Shown here: piece by piece, positions 39,201 to 49,700 of the stretch
Position numbering within the stretch: the stretch's first letter is position 1
Layout: the number at the start of each line of letters is the position of its first letter
DNA from: Macrostomum lignano
Taxonomy: Eukaryota
Assembly (NCBI GenBank): GCA_002269645.1
Contig: NIVC01001746.1
Coordinates: 124,001-188,000 of the forward strand
Length of the DNA stretch: 64,000 bases
Direction: 5' to 3'
The notes under the pieces: model-generated
Databases searched by the model: none
Told to the model about the DNA's origin: nothing
Seen by the model: only the letters and a program-made list of their open reading frames with translations
Position numbers and translations under genes: made by a program

Positions 39201-42009
39201 AATGTACTTGCAAATCGCGATCGCACCAGAAGATCGGGCAGCGCACAGCTTTCTGTGGCGGGACATGGATCCGACAAAGGTACCACAGACATTCGAGTTC
39301 AACCGAGTGGTTTTTGGAGCAACGAGCTCACCATTTCTGGCGCAATTCGTGACTCAGGAGCACGCGAAGAAGCTGAAGCAGGAGTTTCCATCGGCCGCAG
39401 AAACAGTACTCCAGTCAACTTACATGGATGACTGCCTGGATTCGAAGAAGACTGATTCAGAGGCTATTCAGTTGTATCAGGAGCTGAGCCAATTGTGGCA
39501 GCGAGCTGGCATGCGCGCTAGGAAGTGGATTTCAAACTCAAGAGCATTGCTTGCATGTGTAGCACCAGAGGATAGAGTCGCGGAGGTGAGCCTGGATGGT
39601 CAGCCGTTGCCAGTTTCGAAGACGCTTGGAGTAGTCTGGAAAAGTGAGGACGATGAATTCACCTTTGTTGCTGATAGCGAGCTGAGACCAGTCAAGTCAA
39701 AGAGGGATCTGCTAAAGAGATTGGCTTCAGTGTACGATCCTATCGGATTGATAGCACCTTTCACCGCGCAGGCAAAGATACTACTGCAGGAGCTCTGGTG
39801 CAGTGGCCTTGATTGGGATGAAGCGCCGGACGAGGCTCTGCAAAGGAGGATTCAAGCATGGTGTGCTGACCTGACGAAGCTGAACTGATTTCGAGTTTAT
39901 CGCTGTCTGCAGTTCTCTTGCGTACCTACGCAGTCTCAGCTTCACTGCTTTGTCGATGCTTCGGAGAATGCCTACGGAGCAGTGTGTTATCTACGATGCA
40001 AGTACACCGACGCCTCGATATCCGTTCGGCTCATCGCTGCCAAGTCTCGAGTTGCACCCATAGCAACTATGAGCATTCCGAGGCTGGAGATGATGGCAGC
40101 GGTCATTGGGCTGAATCTAGCGGTCAAGATTGCTAAGGCACTAGAGATGAACATCAAAGATGCGGTATTCTGGTCGGACAGCATGAACGTTCTGTTTTGG
40201 ATTCGTGGAAGAGGACGCTTCTTTAAACCGTTCGTTGCGAATCGCATCGGAGAAATCCAGCAGACAACTGATCCGAACCAGTGGAGACACGTGCCAACGG
40301 CGTGCAATCCTGCTGATCTGCTGTCAAGAGGCGCAACGATAACTCAGCTGGCCGAGGATCAGAAATGGAAAAACGGTCCAGAGTTTTTACATCACGACGA
40401 CTACAAGTGGCCAAGTACCAGGTTGGAGCGACCAGCAGACCTGGAGACGAAAGGTTCGGCGAAAGATTCAGTCCCGTCCGAAGCGGTCATGTGTGCAACA
40501 ATGGTCACCAGCGAGCAAAGAAAGCATCAAGTAGAGCGGCTCGATCCAAGCAGGTTCTCCAGCTGGATGAAATTCTTGAGGGTAAATGTCTGGATTAGCA
40601 GATTTGCCAACAATTGTCGCTTCGAACCACAGTACCGAACTCGAGGAGAGCTGCAGGCGTCGGAGCTGGAAGACGCGGAGTTAAGAATCATCAAGGATGT
40701 GCAGCAAGATGCATTCAGCACGGAGCTTTCCGCCTTGAGGAAGAACAAGAGCGTTTCTGAGAGCAGCAAGCTGGCTAGAATGCATCCCAGACTCGATCCT
40801 AGCGGCGTTCTTCGCTCAGAGAGTCGTCTACAGTTGGCCGAAGCATTGCCGGTTAGTATCAGATCACCAATCATCTTGCCAAAGTGCCATCACGTGACAG
40901 AATTGATAATCAAGCACCATCACGAAAAAGCGTATCACGCGGGCACCAATCAAGTACTTTCTGCAGTGACTGCTCGATTTTGGATCCCAGCTGCCCGAGA
41001 GGCCATCCGAGCTTGGGAAGTCAAGTGTGCTGAGTGCAGGAGAAGAAAGGCACAGCCAGCTTCGCAGTTAATGGCACCACTGCCTCCCAGTCGGCTAGAA
41101 CCATTGAGAGCATTTACGAAAGTATCAATAGATTTTGGAGGTTCATTCCTGACGAAGCAGGGTCGGGGACGTGTGCGTCAGAAGCGGTACCTTGCGCTCT
41201 TCACTTGTATGGCAACGCGTGCAGTTCATTTAGAAATGGCGTACGGCCTTGATGCAAGCAGCTTCCTAAACGCGTTGTTTCGCATGATCAATCGCCGAGG
41301 TCAAGTTCTGGAAATCTTCTCAGACAATGGAACTAATTTTGTTGGTGCGGATAGAGAACTAAAGGAGCTGTGCAAGTCGATGGAAAAGAACGCATTGCAG
41401 TCACGCACATCTCATGTACCGATCAAGTGGCACTTTAATCCGCCCGCGGCTCCGCACTTCGGCGGCGTGCATGAGTCAATGATAAAATCAGCAAAGAGAG
41501 CGATAAACGCGATCCTGAGATCGGCAGAAGTCAGCGATGAGCAGCTTGTAACAGCATTTACCGGAGCAGAGTCGCTGCTGAACTCACGGCCTTTGACCTA
41601 CCAGTCGTCCCATCCTGGTGACGATCCGGTCCTGACGCCAGCGCACTTCCTGTACGGGCACGTTGGCGGACAGCTGGCACCGGAGATCTCGGCTGACGAG
41701 GTGTTCAACCCAACCAAGCGGTGGCGCTACGTGCAGCAGCTGGTGCAGTCGTTTTGGCGGCGATGGCTCCGAGAGTGGCTGCCCGGCCTCGGTGCGAGAA
41801 CCAAATGGCGGCGAGAGCAGCCCGACCTCAAGCCCGGGGACGTCGTGCTGTATGTCTGTCCGGACAGCCCTCGGGGTCACTGGCCTCTGGCCCGAGTCCT
41901 GGAGGTGTACCCGGGTCGAGACGGCCATGTTCGAGTAGCAAAGGTGCAGCTGGCGGACAAGGTTCTGACGCGGCCAATCAACAGACTGTGCCCATTGATT
42001 ACTGATTGA
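36205..42009 (+). pseudogene. BEL gag-pol polyprotein, interrupted by a solo LTR and two in-frame TGA codons
   Basis: ATG 36205 is in frame with track ORFs 36691, 37156 and 39982 once the 270-bp insert plus TSD is removed; stops at 37075 and 39886. Motifs: CxxC knuckles, LLDDAS protease, YMDD RT, DASENAYG RNase H, integrase D-D-E (SIDF, SDNGTNF, VHESM). Confidence 0.93.
36312..36576. mobile_element. Solo LTR (265 bp) of another family nested in BEL gag
   Basis: Starts TGTGGTGCC, ends GGCACGACA (8/9 terminal inverted match, TG...CA); 5-bp TSD AATCG at 36307-36311 and 36577-36581; internal AATAAA. Confidence 0.88.
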
Positions 42010-42619
42010 AGGCTGACTATGACTCACTGATCGATGGACTGTAACTGTCAATCCCCGTATCGATTCGTATTTTCATTTTCGTCATTTTGTCATTATCATT
42101 TTTGTCGCTTTCTAGACAGTGTTTTTTTCGGTGTGCGAATGATTACTTAGTTTTATTTTGTTTGTTTGTCAAATACGTTTATTTCGGTCATGTTTAAATT
42201 TTGAGTTTGGTGTTTGCCTTCGTAATTTAGGTTTTTAATTTTTTGAATCGATTATTATTTATATCGTAATCCAAATTTAACCATGTTGCATCGCGATTTC
42301 ACGGTGTCCTTTGTCTTGTAATCACATCCCTCTCTCGTAATGGGTTGATCGTCTTAAAATCTTTTTTCGTGAAATGCTATACAACTGCAGTTTATGTTTC
42401 GAACTCAAGCGCGTTTCTTTTCTTTTTCTACCTTTTTCGTTACTGTAACAGAGCCCAGCAAGACAATTTTGTTTAGTCAAGTTTTGTACAAGTACGAAAT
42501 GCGTAAGTTCTGCGTCATAACTTTTTCTGCATCTTTATCTCATAGGTTTTGCTTCCACTGCCACTCATTTTCAAAATTACATTTTTGCATCATTATTTTG
42601 TTTTTGCCATAGACATGTC

Positions 42620-42632
42620 AAGGTGGGGGGTA
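42620..42632 (+). promoter_or_regulatory. BEL polypurine tract
   Basis: AAGGTGGGGGGTA immediately before the 3' LTR. Confidence 0.8.
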
Positions 42633-42935
42633 TGTTCTGGAGCTGCCACTGTCTCGTGGTATTTCTTAAACTTTTCGTTTGCAATAGCTTCATGTACGTT
42701 CAATTAGGCTAACATTTATTTTGCTCATACGTACAGTCCCTAATTATTGATCGCACCACTTTCATTCTTCACTGATCGCCCCACCCCACATTACGCTCAC
42801 GTGTATTGTACGCTTTCACTCAGCTCATTAAATATATCGACCCAGAGCATCTCGCTCAAAAGGCCTTTTCGTTTTTCATCGTTGCAATAGCGCAGCATAT
42901 AGTTTGTCTTTCATCTCGAGTTATTCTAGCAACCA
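42633..42935 (+). repeat. BEL 3' LTR (303 bp)
   Basis: Direct repeat of 35838-36140; preceded by PPT. Confidence 0.96.
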
Positions 42936-42940
42936 TTCGC

Positions 42941-43456
42941 CAAGCTTCACAATCCCAAGCTTCACAATCCCATAGCTTCACAATCCCCAAGCTTCACATT
43001 CCCCAAGCTTCACAATCCCAAGCTTCACAATCCCAAGCTTCACAATCCCCAAGCTTCACATTCCCCAAGCTTCACAATCCCAAGCTTCACAATCCCAAGC
43101 TTCACAATCCCAAGCTTCACAATCCCAAGCTTCACAATCCCAAAGTTGCACAATCCACAAGCTTCACATTCCCCAAGCTTCAAAATCCTCAAGCTTCACA
43201 ATCCCCAATCTTCACAATGCCCAAGCTTCACAATCCCAAGCTTCACAATCCCAAGCTTCACAATCCCCAAGCTTCACAATCCCCAAGCTTCACAATCCCC
43301 AATCCCCAAGCTTCACAATCCCCAATCACCAAGCTTCACAATCCCCAAGCTTCACAATCCCCAAGCTTCACAATCCTCAAGCTTCACAATCCCCAAGCTT
43401 CACAATCCCCAAGCTTCACAATCCCAAGCTTGACAATCCCCAATCCCCAAGCTTCA
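42941..43456. repeat. 15-16-bp minisatellite CCC(C)AAGCTTCACAAT, right part
   Basis: Same unit resumes after the BEL TSD. Confidence 0.95.
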
Positions 43457-44335
43457 CTTTATTATACTCTAAAAAAACATTTCATTAAACTTTCCTGCAG
43501 CAAAACTACTGAACCTGTGCTCTTTTTCGAAAGTTGTAAACAATTTATTCAACTTTAAAGCGAGATCGAAGTTTGTCAAAATGCGTTCTGTTAATTCGAC
43601 TTTTAGACAAAAATCGCAGACAGTAAAGTTTTTCCTCCTTTTAGTTTAAACGATGGTATATAACCTAACACTCTTGGATCTGCCTTTGGCTTGGCATACC
43701 AACAACTTCCAATTAACCCTTGGCATCTCAACAACTCCTCTATGAGCCACAGAATTTCAGTAATTCTCCGATAAGCCTCAATAGCTCAGCAATTTCTACT
43801 AAAAGCATTGACATCTCAGAAATTCTCCCATAAGCCTTGACACCTCAGAAATTTCACCACGAGCCTTGAAATATTAGCAATTCCCTAATAAATATTTTAC
43901 CTTCGACATGACGCTTTCTTAATGTCTGACATGATGCTTATTTTATGCTTAACATGACGCTTCTTTTTATATTTTAGATGAAGCTTCTTTCGTTTTACAT
44001 GATGCATATTTTATATTAGACATGACACTTCTTTATTCTTTCTTTCGTTGGGTTTACACACTTTCAAAATTCGAGCCTAGGTCACTGCATTAGCAGTTCA
44101 GTCTGTTCACATCTAGGCTAGCTGTCGTGATGCAATGGATGGATGGAAAAAAACCCGGCCGCTCCCTATCAGTTGCGTGTTAAATAAAAAATATGGAGTT
44201 GCCTGAAGTTTCGCTTAAAGAAGCTTCCTGAATACGCTTCTTAACTGCTCAATAAAATGAGTAGGGGAAATGGTGAGTAAGGTAGTATAGAATTGTAAAA
44301 ATGGGTACAGTCAAACTATGCTCTAGCCTTACATA

Positions 44336-45580
44336 TGTGGTGATCCAGCGTAGCTAGCATAGGCTGCTCCTGGGATCCCCTCTTAGTCAGTTAGTGCTTG
44401 GGCTGCAGCAGTGGGAGCTGGGCATAGGGCTGTCCCTTCCTCCCCTTCCCTTGTGCAGGCTCAGGTGTGCAGCTGTCGCGGGACAGGGAGAGAAACTCTC
44501 TCCCCCTCTCCCCCTGGCGCAGTCTGCAATGGGCTAAAAATAGAAACATTAGTCAGTGGGATATTTCTCCTTTAGTACAGGCTTATTTAGTCAGCGGGAG
44601 TGAGAGCATAGCTCTCCGCCCGGGGTAGGATTTCGTGGGGTCTTGGTTGCACTCCTTGCATGCGGCAACATGCAAGCAGTGTACCAGCAGGCCATGCGGA
44701 GGCTGCATGATGAGGCAGATGTCTTATGGACATCTCCAAGATCGCTCCTGGCTCCGGGTAGTCCACGGAACTGCCATGGGATCTGCCACGGAACTGCCTC
44801 TGAGCTTCCTATTGGCCCTGAGACCCCCGAATTTTAGTATAAATACAGAGTAGGTGAAGGCCCAAAGAGACCATCTTTTCGGAGACCGCCTGCTTGGCTT
44901 CGAGCAAAGGCTAGTATTCCTAGATGCTTTTCCTAGACGAACTAGCTTAGGCAGATCGCTAGACGCTTTTCCTAGGGATAACCTGCTAACAAATCTTTGT
45001 TGCAGCTGCCATTTGCTCATTAAGATTGCCGCAGGTCTTTGTGTCAGCAGCTCGCCAGACCTTCAACACCGTCTGGACCTGGTCTCGTGGCCTACAACCT
45101 ACACTGTTGGGCAACATCAACTGACGCACAGTACAGCTTAGGGCGTTTACTGCGACACCAGTTGAGCTACTAAACGATATTTTAGGATCGGCCTGTGACC
45201 GTTACTCACATTAATAAACGTTTAACTGACTTGTTTGTCTTATTTATTTTCTACTTATCAGTAGGCCTACCTAGGGGTAACCTGTCGAGGATATCACCTG
45301 TAGACCTACAAGGTGGCAGCAACCCAACTACCAATACTCGGTTATTATCTAACTGTACTCAGTGGAGACTAAGAGGGGTTAATTCGGACCATAGTGCTAG
45401 ACCACTCAGGCCAGCTACCGGCCGTGCTAGATAGCGAGGACAAACAGAGGAAGTAGTAGGCAACAGCAGTAATCACCAAAGAGACGGGGATCCACAAGGC
45501 CATTACATTGGTTACATTGGTGGGATTCGGCACCAGCATTACATTGGTGGCAGCGGAGAGCAGTAGGCACAGCCATTACA
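44336..45580 (+). repeat. Gypsy 5' LTR (1245 bp)
   Basis: Repeat of 52150-53394 at offset 7814; TATAAATA 44838-44845; AATAAA 45213-45218. Confidence 0.97.
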
Positions 45581-45581
45581 C

Positions 45582-45599
45582 TGGTGGCAGCGGTGGGAT
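45582..45599 (+). promoter_or_regulatory. Primer-binding site, tRNA-Leu
   Basis: TGGTGGCAGCGGTGGGAT, the 18-nt complement of the conserved metazoan tRNA-Leu 3' end (AUCCCACCGCUGCCACCA), 1 nt after the LTR. Confidence 0.9.
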
Positions 45600-45664
45600 C
45601 CGGTAAAACGACCACGTCAATCCTTCGTCCACCTACGTCTTAGTCTCACTTAGTAATCATAGCA

Positions 45665-46630
45665 ATGTCTATTGCCAGCAGTCGTGCTTCAATGGCACCA
45701 CCTGACGATGGTGCTGGAGCAGGAGCTGAGGAACCGGTACTAGGCGAACGTCTTGATCGTCTCGCTGATGCACTGGAGCGCCAGCTTGGTATAGGCCAAG
45801 TCAGGCAGCATGTCAAGATGGCTAAATACACGCCATCCCAAGACATCCGCACGTGGATCAAAGCCTTCGATCTTCGCTGCGATACCGAAGACATTCGTGC
45901 CTGCCACAGGAAGGCGGAGTTGCTCGCCAACCTTGACGTGCACACGGCGTATGCTTCGGTCCTGCGCCTGAACTTGCCAGACCATCTGGAGTACGAAGAG
46001 TTTAAGGAAGCGCTGATTGAGAGATTCTCAAAGAGAGGCGGCTCACAGGAATTCCGAGAAGATTTCCGCTGCCGAACTCAGCGCAAGAACGAGGACATTG
46101 ACGAGTTTGCAGATGCTCTCCGCGAACTCGGAGAACTCGCTTATCCTTATCTCTTGCCAGCTCAGCTCGAATCAGAACTTGTTGATCAGTTCCTGAAAGG
46201 TGTCAGAACTACAATTGAGGCGAGAGAACGGCTGTACTGGGGTCGTCCAGAGACTCTACAGGACGCCAAGTTCGCCTTCAAGCGCATCGAGACAGCGCGT
46301 GAGCTTGCTGCCCGCAGCAAAGACGCACCCTGTCGCAGCCTTGGTGGGGACAAAGCTACGGTTCCCCGACAGGACGATGAGCTTAAAAATTTAATCAGGC
46401 ACCAGAATGAGGTTCTGCAGAAGCAGCAGCAAATGCTTGAGCAGCTTCTCAAGCAGACGCCAGCCGCACCTGTCAGAGATAGGCTGCACGGTATTGTGTG
46501 CCACGAGTGCGGTAAACCAGGCCACAAGAGGCCTGACTGTCCTAAGTTCAAGGCTCAGAAGCCGGGAAACGTCCGGGCGGGGGTTGCCAACCAGGACCCT
46601 CTCCAGGGCCAACCCCCGAAGTCGCACTAA
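45665..46630 (+). CDS. gag: Gypsy Gag with CCHC zinc knuckle
   Basis: 321-aa ORF after the PBS; CHECGKPGHKRPDC. Confidence 0.92.
   Translation: MSIASSRASMAPPDDGAGAGAEEPVLGERLDRLADALERQLGIGQVRQHVKMAKYTPSQDIRTWIKAFDLRCDTEDIRACHRKAELLANLDVHTAYASVLRLNLPDHLEYEEFKEALIERFSKRGGSQEFREDFRCRTQRKNEDIDEFADALRELGELAYPYLLPAQLESELVDQFLKGVRTTIEARERLYWGRPETLQDAKFAFKRIETARELAARSKDAPCRSLGGDKATVPRQDDELKNLIRHQNEVLQKQQQMLEQLLKQTPAAPVRDRLHGIVCHECGKPGHKRPDCPKFKAQKPGNVRAGVANQDPLQGQPPKSH
46564..46618 (+). promoter_or_regulatory. -1 programmed ribosomal frameshift signal
   Basis: G_GGA_AAC in gag phase, 7-nt spacer, then 9-bp stem CGGGGGTTG (46578-46586) / CAACCCCCG (46610-46618). The pol frame is -1 relative to gag and open from 46516. 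Confidence 0.82.
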
Positions 46631-46740
46631 AGCAGTCTGGAGAGTCTGGCGATACCGTAGACTCTTCTTTTGTAAATAATGTATATAACTCTGGTGCTGA
46701 TCCTTATGTAACTGCGCTTATTTTCGGCCAACAGGTTCCC

Positions 46741-49700
46741 TTGCTTCTCGACAGCGGGAGCAGACTGAACCTGATGGGCCTTTCTACTTGGCGATTGTTA
46801 TTGCGCAGTACTGCTCATGCATGCGTAGTTACACCTACTTATTCCGATCGTATTCTAACCTATGATGGTTCTGAATTACAGCTAACCGGTAAGGTTATGC
46901 TTGATGTTGTCTTCGGAGATTTCTCAGCTGAAGCTGAATTCTACATTGTAAGCGGCGATCAGGAGAATCTCCTAGGCATTGATTTTATGAGGAAGCACTG
47001 TCGGACCTTGGAGTTCCAGACAGGAATGCTTACCCTCACTACTGGTACTTGTGTACCCGTGCGCTATACGCGCCGTGAGCCAACCTCGTGCAGAGTCTAT
47101 GTTGCCGGAAAACATCAGATTCCTGCTCGAAGTTCTGGCCTCATATCTGTGCAACTGGCACGTGGCAAAGAATCGAATTATGGAGTGCCAGCAGTGGTTG
47201 AACCACTCAGATCTGGACTCCGCGCTGGGCTTTCCCAGGTCCGCGCATCTGCAGCATTGGTAACGATGCATGAAGGCAAAGGCTGCATGGAAGTCGTTAA
47301 TCCTAACAACTTTCCAGTTAATATAGCCAAAGGAGCCTTGGTGGGCCTTGCCACACCGCTCCGGACGCAAGACCTCGAGTACTATCCAGAACTGAAAGCA
47401 ACACCTGTGCGTAAGTTGCACCTAGACGATAACATCAATTCAGCCAGTGACGATTGGATCAATGAGATAGAGATAGGCGATTCGATCACGGAGGACCAGA
47501 AGTCCCAGGTTCGTGAGCTGATCAGAGAGTCGCGTAATGCGTTCTCCACGCACACTCTTGATCACGGTCTGACTCACCTGGTGACCCATCAGATCGTCAT
47601 GCGGGACGAGACTCCAGTTAGGATTCCAGCTCGCAGGGTCCCCCCGCACCTGCAAGATCAGGTCAATCAGCTGCTAGATGAGATGCTAGAGAAGGGCTTG
47701 ATCAGGCCATCTTATTCAAGCTACAGCTCTCCTATCTTAGTAGTGCCTAAGAAGGATAAATCAGTCCGCATAGTCCACGACTATCGCGAGCTGAATGAAC
47801 GATGCGAATATCGACCATATCCGTTGCCATCTATCCAGGAGACGTTTGCATGTCTCCGGGGATCTCAATGGTTCAGCAGCTTGGATCTTGCTCAAGGATT
47901 CTATCAGATCCCGTTGCGCGAAGAGGATCGTTTTCGCACGGCCTTCTCAGTGATCAATCGAGGTCAGTTTGAGTTCAACGTCTTGCCTATGGGACTTCGC
48001 GATAGCCCCGGAGCCTTCCAGCGATGCATCAATATGCTGCTAGACGGTATCACTAAGTTCACCTTAGGATACATGGATGACATTGTCATTCATAGTATTG
48101 CCTTCGAGGAGCACCTCGAACATCTTCGCGAAATGTTCAGGCGGCTCATCGAAGCCAATCTTAAGCTAAAGCCACGCAAATGCCATCTGTTTAAGACAGA
48201 GTTGCACTATCTCGGACATGTAGTCGATAGACGAGGCATTAGGACTAATGAAGACAAGGTACAGCAGATACTAGACTGGCCGCGTCCTCAGACAGTCAAG
48301 CAGCTGCAGAGCTTTCTAGGTCTCTGTAACTACTATGCCAAATTCGTCAAGAATTACGCCGAAATTGCTGCCCCGTTGCATCAATTGACTCGGAAGAACC
48401 TTGTTGGGTTCAAGGGGCTCTGGACAGAGCAACACTCGAAAGCTTTCGATGAGCTCAAGAAGAAGCTGTGCTCTACTGAGGTCCTCGCGTACCCAGAGTA
48501 CAACACAGACCCAGACACAGTCTTCGTCCTGGATTGTGATGCCTCAGGTTTCCGAATCGGCGCCTGTTTAGGCCAGCGCCAATCCGATGGTGCGGAGCGG
48601 CCTGTTGCCTATTTTAGTCGGAAATTGCGCGAGCCTGAAACGAGGTACAACAACACCAAGCGTGAGCTCTTGGCCGTTGTTGACTCAATGAGGCATTTTC
48701 GTTACTATTTAATCGGTAATAGATTTGAGGTTAGAACAGACCACAGGGCTCTTCTTTGGCTCATTCGCCAGACTGAAGCCGAAGGTATCTTGGGTCGTTG
48801 GGTCGAACGGCTAAGTGAATTCGACTTTGCTGTCATTCATCGGAAGGGAAGTTTGCACCAGAACGCAGACAGCTTATCAAGAAAGCCGGACGGTCCGGAG
48901 TTCGATGACTGTCGTCCTGGAGCACGGACACCCAACCAGACAGAAAATGAGGCCACTGTACCCTCAGCCCTCGGATTAGTCGAAGACGCCGACCAAGTAA
49001 CATCCAGCAGTTCTGCCTCGCAGGAATCTCGTATTGCCGTCGCCGGCTCATCATGTTGTCCCTCAGTGGACCGATGTCCGACACCCGTTATTGCGGCCGT
49101 TTCTGCCGACTCAACATGTTGTTCCTCAGTGAACCGTTGTTCGGCTGGAGCGTCCGAGGCTGTCTGCCAGACTGATGCGACATGTTGTCCCTCAGTGGAC
49201 CGCGGCTCAGAATGGGCAGCCAAGGTTGCTGGTTTAGCTGTGGACTTTGCCCCAGTTGGACGCCACACTACCGCACCTACGGCCATAGAAGCTGTTCGCT
49301 CTCCTCGTGTCTCAGGTGACCTGACCGCAGGAATCCGGACCGACGACGCAGCAAGGCCATTGTCTGCTTCAATAACGGAATCAGCGAACCGTAGCGTTAG
49401 TGAGGATGTTCCTCCACGCTGTCGTGTTCTGCTTAGTGATTTTCTGTCCGAACCTCTGAAGCGAGACCAACTGCTCCTCGAGCAGCAGAAGGACCCGGAC
49501 ATTGAGTTCGTCAGAAATCTTTTAGCGACTAGTTCGCCCAAGCCGTCCTTTGACGCCCGACTACGTCTTAGTAGGGATACGCGCAACCTACTAGGCTACT
49601 TTGAGATGTTGCGGCTAGTAGACAACCTGCTCGTCTACGATGAAGACATAGCAGACCGTCCACCGCGCATTGTGCTGCCGAAGAGTCTAGATGACCAGGT

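Larger units (their letters stand above)
35838..42935 (+). mobile_element. BEL/Pao LTR retrotransposon, full length, disabled
   Basis: 303-bp TG...CA LTRs with 2 differences seen; 5-bp TSD TTCGC (35833-35837, 42936-42940); PBS and PPT; gag-PR-RT-RH-IN order with three Cys/His knuckles. Confidence 0.97.

Noticed and set aside
44984-44995. TAGGGATAAC resembling part of the I-SceI site
   Set aside because: Only 10 of 18 nt match; expected by chance in a CTAG-rich LTR.
44635-45434. Short ORFs duplicated at 52449-53248
   Set aside because: They are duplicated only because they lie in the two LTRs; no coding signature.
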